DNA of 64,000 nt, taken from Gemmatimonadota bacterium (GTDB taxonomy: Bacteria; JBHIER01; G020348925). The notes beneath the pieces were generated by a model. It was not told the DNA's origin. It saw nothing but the letters and a program-made list of their open reading frames with translations, and made no database searches. The DNA is taken from positions 1,134,469 to 1,198,468 of the forward strand of contig CP070758.1 in assembly GCA_020348925.1 (NCBI GenBank), given 5' to 3'. Shown piece after piece: positions 50,088 through 59,863 of the stretch (positions are counted from its first letter, which is position 1; each line of letters opens with the position of its first letter). Both the position numbers and the translations under genes were made by a program.

Positions 50088-50116
50088 TTGACAGAACTCT
50101 AAAGTTTTCATAAATT
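50088..50116 (+). promoter_or_regulatory. sigma70 promoter of rho, giving a ~260-nt leader
   Basis: TTGACA-17-TAAATT. Confidence 0.7.
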
Positions 50117-50381
50117 AGGGCTGTCGATTTCACGTTGTGGAGATGGGCGGTATCTATTTCCTTTCTGATTGATCCTCAGTTAGGTTGATTTATTAAGGAC
50201 GGTTTCTAAAACCCCTGTTTCATCTTTTCCTATTGAAAGATCTCCATGGATTCCTGATGTTCCATAAAGCGCGGTAAGAGGATCGAGAGTATTCCTCCTG
50301 AGGGTCTGCTGGATGATTATCTATTTATGAATGGAAGAAGTGTGTCACTATTTTAACAATTAAGAAGGAGAGAGAGCTGTT

Positions 50382-51632
50382 ATGGATCTCATCGATCTCA
50401 AAAAGAAGACAATTCCTGAATTACAGAAGATGGCTCAGAAGCTGGGACTTCAAGGTTGCGCTGGATTGCGGAAGCAGGAGTTGATTTTCAAGATACTCGG
50501 AGCACAGACTGAAAAAAACGGTCTGATCTTTGGCGAAGGCGTGTTGGAAATTTTGGAGGAGGGATATGGGTTTTTACGATCCCCCGACTACAATTATTTA
50601 CCGGGTCCGGATGACATTTACGTGTCGCCCTCGCAGATCAAGCGCTTCAGTCTCAAAACGGGCGATTCGATTTCCGGACAGGTGAGACCTCCCAAGGAGA
50701 GCGAAAAGTATTTTGCGCTGCTGAAAGTGGAGGCTGTTAATTTCGAGAATCCTGAGGTTGCCAAGGGGAAGGCTGTGTTCGATGATTTGGTCCCCCTCTA
50801 TCCTGAGGAGAAGATTAAACTGGAAACATCCCGTGAGGATCCTTCGATGCGCATTATGGATCTTCTGACACCCATTGGGATGGGGCAGAGGGGACTCATC
50901 GTATCGCCGCCCAAAGCAGGCAAAACGATGTTACTCCAGAAGATTGCCAACAGTGTCACCGATAACCATCCGGAGACGACCCTCATCGTGTTGCTCATCG
51001 ATGACCGGCCGGAGGAGGTTACGGACATGGAGCGCTCCGTGAAAGGGGAAGTGATCAGTTCCACCTTCGACGAACCACCGGAGCGCCATGTCCAGGTAGC
51101 CAATATGGTTCTCGAAAAGTCGAAGCGGTTGGTGGAATATAAGAAAGACGTGGTCATTCTGTTGGACAGTATTACACGTTTGGCTCGAGCCCACAATGCT
51201 GTCATCCCCCATAGCGGGAAAATTCTTTCCGGAGGTGTTGACTCACAGGCGCTGCAGAAACCGAAGCGTTTTTTCGGTGCGGCTCGCAATATTGAGGAAG
51301 GGGGGAGTTTGACCATCATTGCGACAGCACTTGTCGAAACGGGGAGCCGAATGGACGAGGTTATCTTTGAGGAGTTCAAAGGGACGGGCAATATGGAGCT
51401 TGTTCTCGATCGAAGGTTGTCGGATCGCAGAATATTCCCTGCCATAGATGTGAATCGCTCAGGCACCCGGAAGGAAGAACTGCTCATCCCACAGAAGGAA
51501 TTGAGTCGTATTTGGATACTCCGAAAACTCCTGAGTGAAATGAATCCCGTGGAGGCCATGGAGTTCTTACTCGAAAAAATCAGTGAAACCAAGAGTAACA
51601 AGAAATTTTTTCAATCAATGGTTGAAATGTAA
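50382..51632 (+). CDS. rho: Transcription termination factor Rho
   Basis: [45 protein letters not shown]. Confidence 0.98.
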   Translation: MDLIDLKKKTIPELQKMAQKLGLQGCAGLRKQELIFKILGAQTEKNGLIFGEGVLEILEEGYGFLRSPDYNYLPGPDDIYVSPSQIKRFSLKTGDSISGQVRPPKESEKYFALLKVEAVNFENPEVAKGKAVFDDLVPLYPEEKIKLETSREDPSMRIMDLLTPIGMGQRGLIVSPPKAGKTMLLQKIANSVTDNHPETTLIVLLIDDRPEEVTDMERSVKGEVISSTFDEPPERHVQVANMVLEKSKRLVEYKKDVVILLDSITRLARAHNAVIPHSGKILSGGVDSQALQKPKRFFGAARNIEEGGSLTIIATALVETGSRMDEVIFEEFKGTGNMELVLDRRLSDRRIFPAIDVNRSGTRKEELLIPQKELSRIWILRKLLSEMNPVEAMEFLLEKISETKSNKKFFQSMVEM

Positions 51633-51775
51633 TCAGGGATTTGTTGTACCCTTTTGATTGGATTGTCCCACTTTTCAACTTGCCTTTCGAGGAGACTATC
51701 ATATATATTATTGCCCGATAACATATCGGGTGAGACGTCCGATGTGTTGTACTCTATGAAAAGGAGGATGTACGC

Positions 51776-52036
51776 TTGAAAAAGGAAATTCATCCTGAGT
51801 ACGAAATGACGACAATTACGTGTGCTTGTGGAAATGTCATCGAAACCCGTTCTACGGCCAAAGACATTCGAGTGGAGATCTGTTCGAACTGTCATCCCTT
51901 TTTTACGGGGAAACAGAAACTGATTGATACGGCAGGACGCGTGGAGCGGTTTCGCAGAAAATACAACATAACCACACCTGGGGACGAAGAGGAGGAACAT
52001 TCCTCGATCCCGGAGCAGAGAGAGCAAGAGGCTTAG
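51776..52036 (+). CDS. rpmE: 50S ribosomal protein L31 (Zn-binding type)
   Basis: [38 protein letters not shown] with TTG start. Confidence 0.97.
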   Translation: MKKEIHPEYEMTTITCACGNVIETRSTAKDIRVEICSNCHPFFTGKQKLIDTAGRVERFRRKYNITTPGDEEEEHSSIPEQREQEA

Positions 52037-52046
52037 GTTCTCAACA

Positions 52047-52104
52047 GAGAGTGACGGTTTTGAGCTTCGTGTCTGTTTGAACAGCGAAATGTCACTCTTT
52101 TTTT
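52047..52104 (+). terminator. Probable terminator after rpmE
   Basis: AGAGTGAC...GTCACTCT stem followed by a T-run. Confidence 0.5.
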
Positions 52105-52119
52105 ATGCCAGGTTCAATA

Positions 52120-53004
52120 ATGGAGAAGAAACACGATATCGGTGGTCAGGCTGTTATAGAGGGCGTGATGATGCGAGCGCCCCAAAGGATCGCCGTTGCC
52201 GTAAGAAAACCGAATGGAGAGATCGCGCTCAAGGAAGAGCCTTTCGTTTCTCTTTCGAAGAGGATGAAACTTTTTGGGTTGCCTCTGATCCGGGGAGTTG
52301 TATCTCTCATTGAAACGATGGTGATAGGAGTGAAGGCTTTAACGTACTCGGCGGATATGGCTGTTCAGGAGGAGGGGGAGCATAAGGACGGGAAATCCTC
52401 CAAGACGTTTTCTACCGCCTGGTTGGTAGGAACGGTGACCATAGCCCTTGGGTTTGGATTTCTGCTCTTTTTTTATCTCCCGCTTTTCGTCACCGGTCTG
52501 TTTGGATTTGAGAGCGGCGTTCTCTTCAATGTCGTTGATGGACTCATTCGGCTCGGTGTCCTGCTGCTCTATATCTGGATCATCAGCATGTGGAAGGAGA
52601 TTCGGAGAATCTTTGAATACCATGGGGCCGAGCACAAGACGATTTTTGCCTATGAAGCCGGACAACCACTCACTGTGGCGAGCGTTCGAGCCTATACGAC
52701 CCATCACCCGCGTTGCGGAACAAGCTTTCTTTTAATCGTCGTCGTGGTCAGCATTCTTGTCTTTCTGTTCTTGGGGAGGCCGGACAATGTGGGCGAACGA
52801 TTTCTTCGATTTCTTTTTATACCCGTCATCGGCGGCGTTTCTTACGAGCTCATTAAATTATCGGGGAGAAAACGTCACAGCAAGATAGGCCGGTTCTTTT
52901 TAGCGCCGGGGTTGTGGTTACAAAGAATAACGACAAAGGAACCGAGTGACGATCAGCTCGAAGTAGCACTCGCCGCTTTAAAGAGTGCCCTGGGAAACGC
53001 CTGA
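52120..53004 (+). CDS. DUF1385 membrane protein
   Basis: GGQAVIEGVMMR, YHGAEHK, HPRCGTSF; usual rpmE-prfA context. Confidence 0.95.
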   Translation: MEKKHDIGGQAVIEGVMMRAPQRIAVAVRKPNGEIALKEEPFVSLSKRMKLFGLPLIRGVVSLIETMVIGVKALTYSADMAVQEEGEHKDGKSSKTFSTAWLVGTVTIALGFGFLLFFYLPLFVTGLFGFESGVLFNVVDGLIRLGVLLLYIWIISMWKEIRRIFEYHGAEHKTIFAYEAGQPLTVASVRAYTTHHPRCGTSFLLIVVVVSILVFLFLGRPDNVGERFLRFLFIPVIGGVSYELIKLSGRKRHSKIGRFFLAPGLWLQRITTKEPSDDQLEVALAALKSALGNA

Positions 53005-53015
53005 GCGAGGGAGCG

Positions 53016-53564
53016 ATGCTTGAAAAGTTGGCTGCCATAGAGTCTCGATACACACAGATTGATGAACTCCTGAGCGATCCAAAAGTACTTGCCGATCAGG
53101 AGAGGGTGAAGAAATTGGCCAGAGAGCGCACCGATTTATCCAAGACGGTCGCTGCGTACCATGAGTATAAACGGGTGACGCAGTCTATTCAAGAGGCCGA
53201 GGAGATTCTGGACCATTCTTCAGATGGTGAACTTGCTGAGATAGCACAGCAGGAACTGGATGAATTAAAACCCCTGCAAGACATGCTTGAGGAGAGGTTG
53301 AAAGAGCTGTTGCTTCCGAGGGATCAACATGATACACGGAACACCATTATTGAGATCCGTGCCGGTACAGGCGGAGAAGAAGCAGCCGTATTCGCAGCCG
53401 ATCTGTATCGTATGTATAGCCGGTATGCTGAACGGAAGGAGTGGCGCATCGAGGAAATGAGCGCTCATCCGACGGGAATTGGTGGTTTCAAAGAAATTAT
53501 ATTCTTAGTAAAGGGCAAAGATGTTTACAGCTGGTTGAAGTTCGAAAGCGGTGTCCATCGGGTC
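53016..53564 (+). CDS. prfA: Peptide chain release factor 1, truncated by gap
   Basis: EIRAGTGGEEAA, LKFESGVHRV. Confidence 0.96.
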
Positions 53565-53664
53565 NNNNNNNNNNNNNNNNNNNNNNNNNNNNNNNNNNNN
53601 NNNNNNNNNNNNNNNNNNNNNNNNNNNNNNNNNNNNNNNNNNNNNNNNNNNNNNNNNNNNNNNN
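53565..53664. other. 100-N assembly gap / contig join
   Basis: Run of exactly 100 N. Confidence 1.
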
Positions 53665-53922
53665 CCAGCCACCGAATACCCGATGCTCGTGACAGGGTTG
53701 AACGGGTTCGGATAGTTCTGGGCCAGACTGTACTCGAGCGGCATACCCACCTCGCCCTTGACCAGGGCCATGAACCGGCCGTAGTCCTCGGCCGACAGAT
53801 ACGACCGCAGTGACTTCAGTACCTCCATGGCCTCAGGCGTCAGCTCAGCCTTGCAGGCCCCGGGCGCACAACTGCCGGTGCCCAGAATGACGTTGACGAT
53901 GCCCAGGGCATCGAGCACATCG
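53665..53922. repeat. 258-bp direct repeat, copy A (dockerin-CTD coding)
   Basis: Aligns to 57102-57359 with 9 mismatches. Confidence 0.95.
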
Positions 53923-56360
53923 ATACCACCATCACCGTTGCAGTCGCCGCGGCACTCGGCATCACCTGTCAGAGGAGTGATACCCAGAATGTGGTTGACC
54001 ACAGCCAGCACGTCGAGCACGTCGGTGCCACCGTCGCCGTTGGCGTCCCCTCTCGTCCCCTCGCATGTACCGCCGCACAAGCCCGGCCAGGAAATGGTGG
54101 CCCGAATGATGGCGTCGCAGTCCTGACCTCCTGATTCGATCCTCTTCCATTCCCCTCTCTCATACTCGAAGGAATTTGAGGGCGGATCAGGATCCCAGGC
54201 ATAGGAGAGTCGCACTGGGTAATCCGTATCCTGGGTAATAACCTCGGCCCAGGTCCAGAAGACACCGCTCATGCACCTCAACTCCTCGTACCCGGAGACG
54301 TCCAGACCGTACCAATCGTTTCCGTTCCAGGCATTCTCGATTTCGGGGAGCGCATCCTCAGGCACGTGCATCTCGATGGGATCAATGAGATCCGGTCCCG
54401 GCGTGGTATCTGTTCCGGCAGCCATGACGTGAAGCCGAACCGTTCCTGTTCCACTCGGGAACTGGAACGCCGCTTCCACAAGATTGAAGGTCGGAATGTC
54501 GTCCGTGGGAACGAATCGCATGGCCGGTCCCTCACCGATGCCCCAGTTCCCGATCCAGCTCGTCTCGTAATGGTGATCCATCAGAATACCCTGGTTCGGC
54601 GGGGAGACGTACACCCAGGCCGATTGCAAACTGTCGTTGGGCGGCCAATCGTCCGGCAGAAACTGATAGGCCAGAACGCGATAGACGCCCTCCTCGGCCG
54701 GCGTCCAGTCGAAACTGAAGATCTGCTGCTGACCGGCAGGCAGAATACCCTGAAAGGCTGTCGTCGGGGCAATAATCACCGTGTGGATCGAATCGCCGCC
54801 CAAGACGGTCCAGGTCGTATCCTCCACCTGATAGAAGAAGAAGGCGTTGATGTCCTCCAGGCCGAAGTTCCACAACAGGAGATCGATGGTGGTCGTATAG
54901 CCTGCCGTGTTGGGGAAGGGGATATCGATTCTTCGCACACCGGCGTCGTGAGCCGGTGCTCCCCTGGCCTGGATGAGAAAATCATCGATGAACAGACCGG
55001 TTCCATTACCACCGTCGTCATTGTTATCAGCCGTGGGCAAGATCCGTATCTTGATCGAATACTCGGCAGCATACCGTGCCAGATCCAGAGTACCGTTATA
55101 AAGGGTATCCTCGTTCAACTGCGCCCAAAAAGGATTGGTCGGAAAGCCTTCCGCGGTCGTGTCCGAAGCAAAGTCGGGATACCGCATGTAATCGTGAGTC
55201 ATATGGGTCCAAAGAATGCCGTCGGTGGTGATCTCAACACCGTAGTTATCGTCCAGGGTGTTGTCACCGTCACCGTCCTGATCCGGCATATCGCAGAAGA
55301 CGTAGAATGTAATCCAGCCGAACATACCATCCAGTTTCAACCACGGTGTCTCCAGCCAATTCACCTCAAGATCCCGAATATCGTCGGCGTTGATGTGGAA
55401 ACTGTGCGTGGGACTGTACGCATTCGTCTCCGTCCGTTCCCAGTTGTAACCCCTGTTGATGTGCGAAGCAATCAAATTGACCGCACCATCAGCGTCGTCG
55501 AAAAACAGGTTCCCCGCCGCAGGATCATCCACGGAAAAGTTATCGATCAAAACGCCGTAGTACTCCGGGTGATCCGCGGGGCTTCCGCAATCGTTACCGC
55601 CCATAAGGTTAAAGGTCGATGTGCACCAATCACTCAGAAAAGCCACTCTGAGAACAACCTCCTGACCCACATAGTCGCTCAGATCAAACTCGATATCAAC
55701 CCAGCCGTGACTCGAATCACTGAACACAGAGACGCCGCCAGGAACGTAAATACCGTGAAATTCGTAGGCTGCGGCCGTATCCCAGGGTGAGTTGTAGCCA
55801 CCCACAGGTATAAGGAATTCATCGAAACTCGCACCGCCATTGGTCGAAATCCACACAGTCCAGCCGTCCCAATCGACTGGGGGATCAGCCGACTCTGGAT
55901 CAGAGGGCTCCACCGACCAGTTCGCCACCATGGTCAGAGTCGGACTCGTTGCCTCTCTCAGATCGATAACTGGCGTCTCCAATACTTGAAACCACCAATC
56001 ACCGTATCCATACAGGAGATCATCCTGATCGAAACCCAAGGCCACGTCACCACACCACCAGGCTTGACCGTCGTACATGCCACCCTCTGCAGGCGGAACA
56101 TCACCAGTCCTGTGCCACTTGGCACCCATATCTGTTCCGTCGATCTGTTGAAAACCCTGGTCACTGTCCTCAAAATCGAAAGAGTACAGGGTTTCGACCT
56201 GGGCCGGTTCAAGAATTTTTGAGACGGGTGCTAAAGGTTTCTGATCCGATGGGGCGACTGCGGGAGGATCGACCTTCTTCTTATCTTTCGCAAATCCCAC
56301 CTGAGTAAACACCACCAGAAGAACCACAGAGAGTACCACAACACCAAATTTTTTATTCAC
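53665..56360 (-). CDS. Large acidic secreted protein: MAM/immune-inhibitor-A-like beta-sandwiches, Ig-like domain, dockerin, CTD (3' end lost in gap)
   Basis: GTG start with GAAAGGAG RBS; signal peptide; 'WDGWTVWISTNGG...FDLSDYVGQEV...GVLIDNF'; GDANGDGGTDVLD / GDCNGDGGIDVLD; QNYPNPFNP. Confidence 0.85.
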
Positions 56361-56696
56361 TGTTTCAACACTCCTTTCGAAAAACACCTCTCCACAAATC
56401 GGATTGATATTCCTGCCCAACATACGGTTGAATGAACAATGGATCGCCATAAGCTACGGGTCTCTTCATTATGAAAATCGAACACACCACCTCCCTTTTG
56501 CTCCATGGGAAAAATGTTAATGTAAAAACGGGCACCACTTTCAAGTCCTCGCCATTAAGAACGGTCTCTGTCTCACCTCCTTTCGCATAACCGGCTCTTG
56601 AACAATATTTTGTTCACCCCCTGAGAGAAAACGTTCAGGATCAGGCTTTGAGAAACAGCGGTTTCCAAACCAAAGCCATTTTGACCGCAGATGAAT

Positions 56697-56714
56697 TTGC
56701 AAATTTTATACCAC
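56697..56714 (-). promoter_or_regulatory. sigma54 (-24/-12) promoter
   Basis: TGGTATAAAATTTGCA with exact GG-N10-GC spacing. Confidence 0.65.
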
Positions 56715-56801
56715 AGACACGTTCTCCCACAAGAAACTTATATCATATTGAATAACATCTAATTACAGAATCAGGGCGGATTCTGTCCAGAGGGAAAAAG
56801 A

Positions 56802-56825
56802 TTGCATCGACTGCAACAGTTTGCA
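56802..56825. promoter_or_regulatory. Candidate enhancer-binding-protein site(s)
   Basis: TTGCA-N5-TGCAA overlapping TGCAA-N4-TTGCA, about 100 bp upstream of the sigma54 motif. Confidence 0.5.
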
Positions 56826-56845
56826 CGAAGCGCGCCGGAACACTC

Positions 56846-56884
56846 AAAAAAAACCGCTGGGCTTCACCCGAAACCCAGCGGTTT
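56846..56884 (-). terminator. Intrinsic terminator
   Basis: AAACCGCTGGG...CCCAGCGGTTT stem with T8 on the minus strand, just after the stop at 56912. Confidence 0.9.
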
Positions 56885-56911
56885 GAAAATAACGTGATGT
56901 CGAAGCGGACC

Positions 56912-57359
56912 TTACTTCATCAGCACCATCCGCCGCGTGGCGCTGTACTCACCGGCATCCAGCCGATAGAAGTAGACGCCACTGGCCACATCACTCGCAT
57001 CCCACGTCACGCTGTAATGGCCCGGCTCAACGACTTTATCCACCAGAGTCGCGAGCTCCTGACCCAGCACATTGTACACCTTCAGCGTCGTGTGCACATC
57101 CCCGGCCACCGAATACCCGATGCTTGTGACAGGGTTGAACGGGTTCGGATAGTTCTGGGCCAGACTGTACTCGAGCGGTATGCCAACCTCGCCCTTGACC
57201 AGGGCCATGAACCGGCCGTAGTCCTCGGCCGACAGATACGACCGCAGTGACTTCAGCACCTCCATGGCCTCAGGCGTCAGCTCTGCCTTGCAGGCCCCGG
57301 GCGCACAACTGCCGGTGCCCAGGATGACGTTGACGATGCCCAGGGCATCGAGCACGTCG
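56912..57359 (-). CDS. C-terminal dockerin plus CTD of a secreted protein (5' part lost in gap)
   Basis: DVLDALGIVNVIL...QNYPNPFNP...ASGVYFYRL...RRMVLMK. Confidence 0.88.
57102..57359. repeat. 258-bp direct repeat, copy B
   Basis: Aligns to 53665-53922 at offset 3437. Confidence 0.95.
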
Positions 57360-57459
57360 NNNNNNNNNNNNNNNNNNNNNNNNNNNNNNNNNNNNNNNNN
57401 NNNNNNNNNNNNNNNNNNNNNNNNNNNNNNNNNNNNNNNNNNNNNNNNNNNNNNNNNNN
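57360..57459. other. 100-N assembly gap / contig join
   Basis: Run of exactly 100 N. Confidence 1.
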
Positions 57460-58034
57460 CTATAGGAATCTATCGTCATGAGGACATCGGACGCTTTCAG
57501 TGAGAGCACAATGTCTTCGAATCCAAGATCCTCAAAGTGTGTCACATGACGAAGAGCGCTCTCGACCAGAGCCTCGGCAGTAAGACCATCAAACTTTTCC
57601 AGCAGATCTTTTTCAAGAGAACCTGCATTGACACCGATTCTAATTGGAACATTCCGCTCTTTGGCCGCCAATGCAATCCGTTCAACTCTTTCTTTGCTTC
57701 CTATATTTCCAGGATTGATGCGAAGTTTATCCGCACCAGCTTCCAACGATTCCAAAGCGAGTCGATAATCAAAGTGAACGTCTGCTACAAGGGGAACAGT
57801 GATTTGTTTTTTGATCTCCTTGAAGGACTCGACCGCCTCATTGTCAGGAACGGCCACGCGCACGATATCGCAACCGACACTCTCCATTTCTCTGATCTGT
57901 TGGACGGTAGCCGCAACATCCCTGGTGTCGGTCTTGGTCATCGACTGGACCGTAATAGGCCCATTTCCGCCAACGGCTACAACTCCGACCATGACCTTTT
58001 TCGTCCGCTTGCGCTGGATCGATGCCGACTTCAT
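57460..58034 (-). CDS. ispG: HMBPP synthase IspG, truncated by gap
   Basis: PITVQSMTKTDT, ADVHFDY, RINPGNIG, RIGVNAGSL, SLKASDV. Confidence 0.97.
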
Positions 58035-59287
58035 GCCTCCCGCATCCTTTCAATATTGGCTCCAAGACTGGACAGCTTCTCCTCAATACGCTCGTATCCG
58101 CGGTCGATGTGGTACACTCTCGAAATCGTAGTCTCCCCTTCTGCCACAAGCCCGGCCAGGACCAGGGCAGCACTGGCCCGAATATCCGTGGCCATAACCG
58201 GCGCTCCGCTCAGTTTTTCGACACCAGTGATCACCGCGACGTTCTCGTCCACTGTTATATCTGCCCCCAGCCTCTGCAACTCCGGGGCATGGTTAAACCG
58301 GTCGGTGAAGATGGTCTCCGTAATGACACTGGTTCCCTCGGCTATGCTCAGGAGGGACATCATCTGTGCTTGAAGATCGGTCGGAAAACCCGGATAGGGA
58401 GCCGTGGTGACGTGAACGGGTTGCAAGCCTCTCGAAGTTTTCACCCTCATGGAATTCTCACCCTCCTCGATCTGTACTCCCGATTCACGCAACTTTTCCG
58501 TGAACGCATTCACGTGCTCGGGAATACAGTTTTCCAAAATAACTTCACCGCCCGTGATAGCGGCGGCGCCCATGAAGGTTCCGGCCTCTATCCGGTCCGG
58601 AATAATCTCCTCTTCCTGGGGGGACAGATTGTCGACACCTTCGATCTCAATAGTATCGGTCCCTTCCCCCTCGATGCGGGCTCCCATCTTTCTTAGGAAA
58701 AAAGCCAAGGCGACAATATCCGGTTCCCGGGCCGCATTCTCGATCCGCGTCGTGCCCCGCGCTAGGGTGGCCGCCATCATGATGTTACCCGTAGCCCCGA
58801 CACTGGAGATATCGAAATAGATGTGGGCTCCCTTGAGACGCTTTGCCCTGGCCACGATGTACCCGTGCTCCACATCGACCTCGGCACCCAGCTTCTGCAT
58901 ACCCTTGATGTGCAGATCGACCGGCCGAGGTCCCCAGGCGCAGCCGCCTGGAAGAGAGACTCTGGCCTGGCCGAACCGCGCCAAGAGCGGTCCCAATACA
59001 TAAACGGATGCCCTCATCGTCTTCACCAGTTCGTAGGGAGCTTCCCATTTATTAACCTTTGAAGTGTCAACTGTTAGAACGTTCTTCTCAAACGTCACCT
59101 GAGCTCCCAGCAGTCTCAGCATCTTCGACATGGTGGCCACATCTCTCAAGTTTGGCACGTTGCGGAGAACGGACTTGCCCGAAGTGAGCAGCGTTGCCAC
59201 CATGATGGGCAGGGCCGCATTCTTCGCCCCGCTGATCGTCACCGTCCCCTGTAATTTGTTCCCGCCGATAATACGAAAGGCATCCAT
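58031..59287 (-). CDS. murA: UDP-N-acetylglucosamine 1-carboxyvinyltransferase
   Basis: GAKNAALP, MRAS, LPGGCAWGPRPVDLH, PGFPTDLQ, DRGYE. Confidence 0.98.
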   Translation of the reverse strand: MDAFRIIGGNKLQGTVTISGAKNAALPIMVATLLTSGKSVLRNVPNLRDVATMSKMLRLLGAQVTFEKNVLTVDTSKVNKWEAPYELVKTMRASVYVLGPLLARFGQARVSLPGGCAWGPRPVDLHIKGMQKLGAEVDVEHGYIVARAKRLKGAHIYFDISSVGATGNIMMAATLARGTTRIENAAREPDIVALAFFLRKMGARIEGEGTDTIEIEGVDNLSPQEEEIIPDRIEAGTFMGAAAITGGEVILENCIPEHVNAFTEKLRESGVQIEEGENSMRVKTSRGLQPVHVTTAPYPGFPTDLQAQMMSLLSIAEGTSVITETIFTDRFNHAPELQRLGADITVDENVAVITGVEKLSGAPVMATDIRASAALVLAGLVAEGETTISRVYHIDRGYERIEEKLSSLGANIERMREA

Positions 59288-59360
59288 AGTTCCCTTCCAT
59301 TCAAATTGAAGTTCATTTTACGAATTTGCTTCCTCTTTTTCAAAAAAATTCATTTTGAGA

Positions 59361-59654
59361 TCAGGATGATGATTTCTCTTTACACTTCAAGAAACGACGT
59401 GCCAACTCAACGGCAGCAGCAATGCGATGGGCCTTCACATGAGACAGCCCCTTTATGCTCAAGAGATCTTCAAACGGATGATCGACGAATCCTTCAAGAG
59501 ATCCATATTTATCGAGCACTTCTTGGGCGATCTCTTCAGCGGATTTTCCTGGAATGCCCGAGGAGATGAGAACAGCCAGAAGCTCCTGGTCCGTGAGGCT
59601 GGCCGCCCCCTCCTCCCTCAGTTTCCCGCCCGGATGTTTCCATTTCGATGTCAA
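59361..59654 (-). CDS. Stand-alone RadC (UPF0758) N-terminal helix-hairpin-helix domain protein
   Basis: KLREEGAASLTDQELLAVLI...IKGLSHVKAHRIAAAVELARR; no JAB domain. Confidence 0.8.
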   Translation of the reverse strand: MTSKWKHPGGKLREEGAASLTDQELLAVLISSGIPGKSAEEIAQEVLDKYGSLEGFVDHPFEDLLSIKGLSHVKAHRIAAAVELARRFLKCKEKSSS

Positions 59655-59714
59655 GTAATTATCCCCGCCATTTTGAATTTTATGACTTTCTTGGTGTCGG
59701 ATAATCGTATACCA

Positions 59715-59743
59715 ATAATACCATTTTTACTTCATATTGTCAA
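59715..59743 (-). promoter_or_regulatory. sigma70 promoter of the RadC-N/murA/ispG unit
   Basis: TTGACA-17-TATTAT with TG extension. Confidence 0.75.
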
Positions 59744-59863
59744 TATTTTTTTGGAAAGCATCAGAATTATGACGTGGGCTGTACTCAAATATTGAATTCA
59801 TATGGACAGCGCACAGAGATTACCTCTACCCCTATACTTTTTCAATCAATGCATTTTCCCCTT

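Noticed and set aside
53016-53813. ORF-track proteins that span N runs (prfA extension, 531-1007, 43387-44430, 53505-56450, 57270-58034)
   Set aside because: Chimeras produced by reading through 100-N joins; not real fusions.
54366-55790. Long antisense ORFs (also 10756-11673, 33089-34003, 43432-44454, 50798-51601, 62396-63427)
   Set aside because: Shadows of well-supported genes on the opposite strand, with no motifs of their own.
56361-56700. Known riboswitch (for example c-di-GMP-I) in the long leader
   Set aside because: The conserved cores of riboswitch classes I can recognise by eye are absent; an Rfam search would be needed to exclude others.
53665-57359. Diversity-generating retroelement TR/VR pair
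   Set aside because: Mismatches are at third codon positions, not adenine-specific on either strand, and no reverse transcriptase is present.
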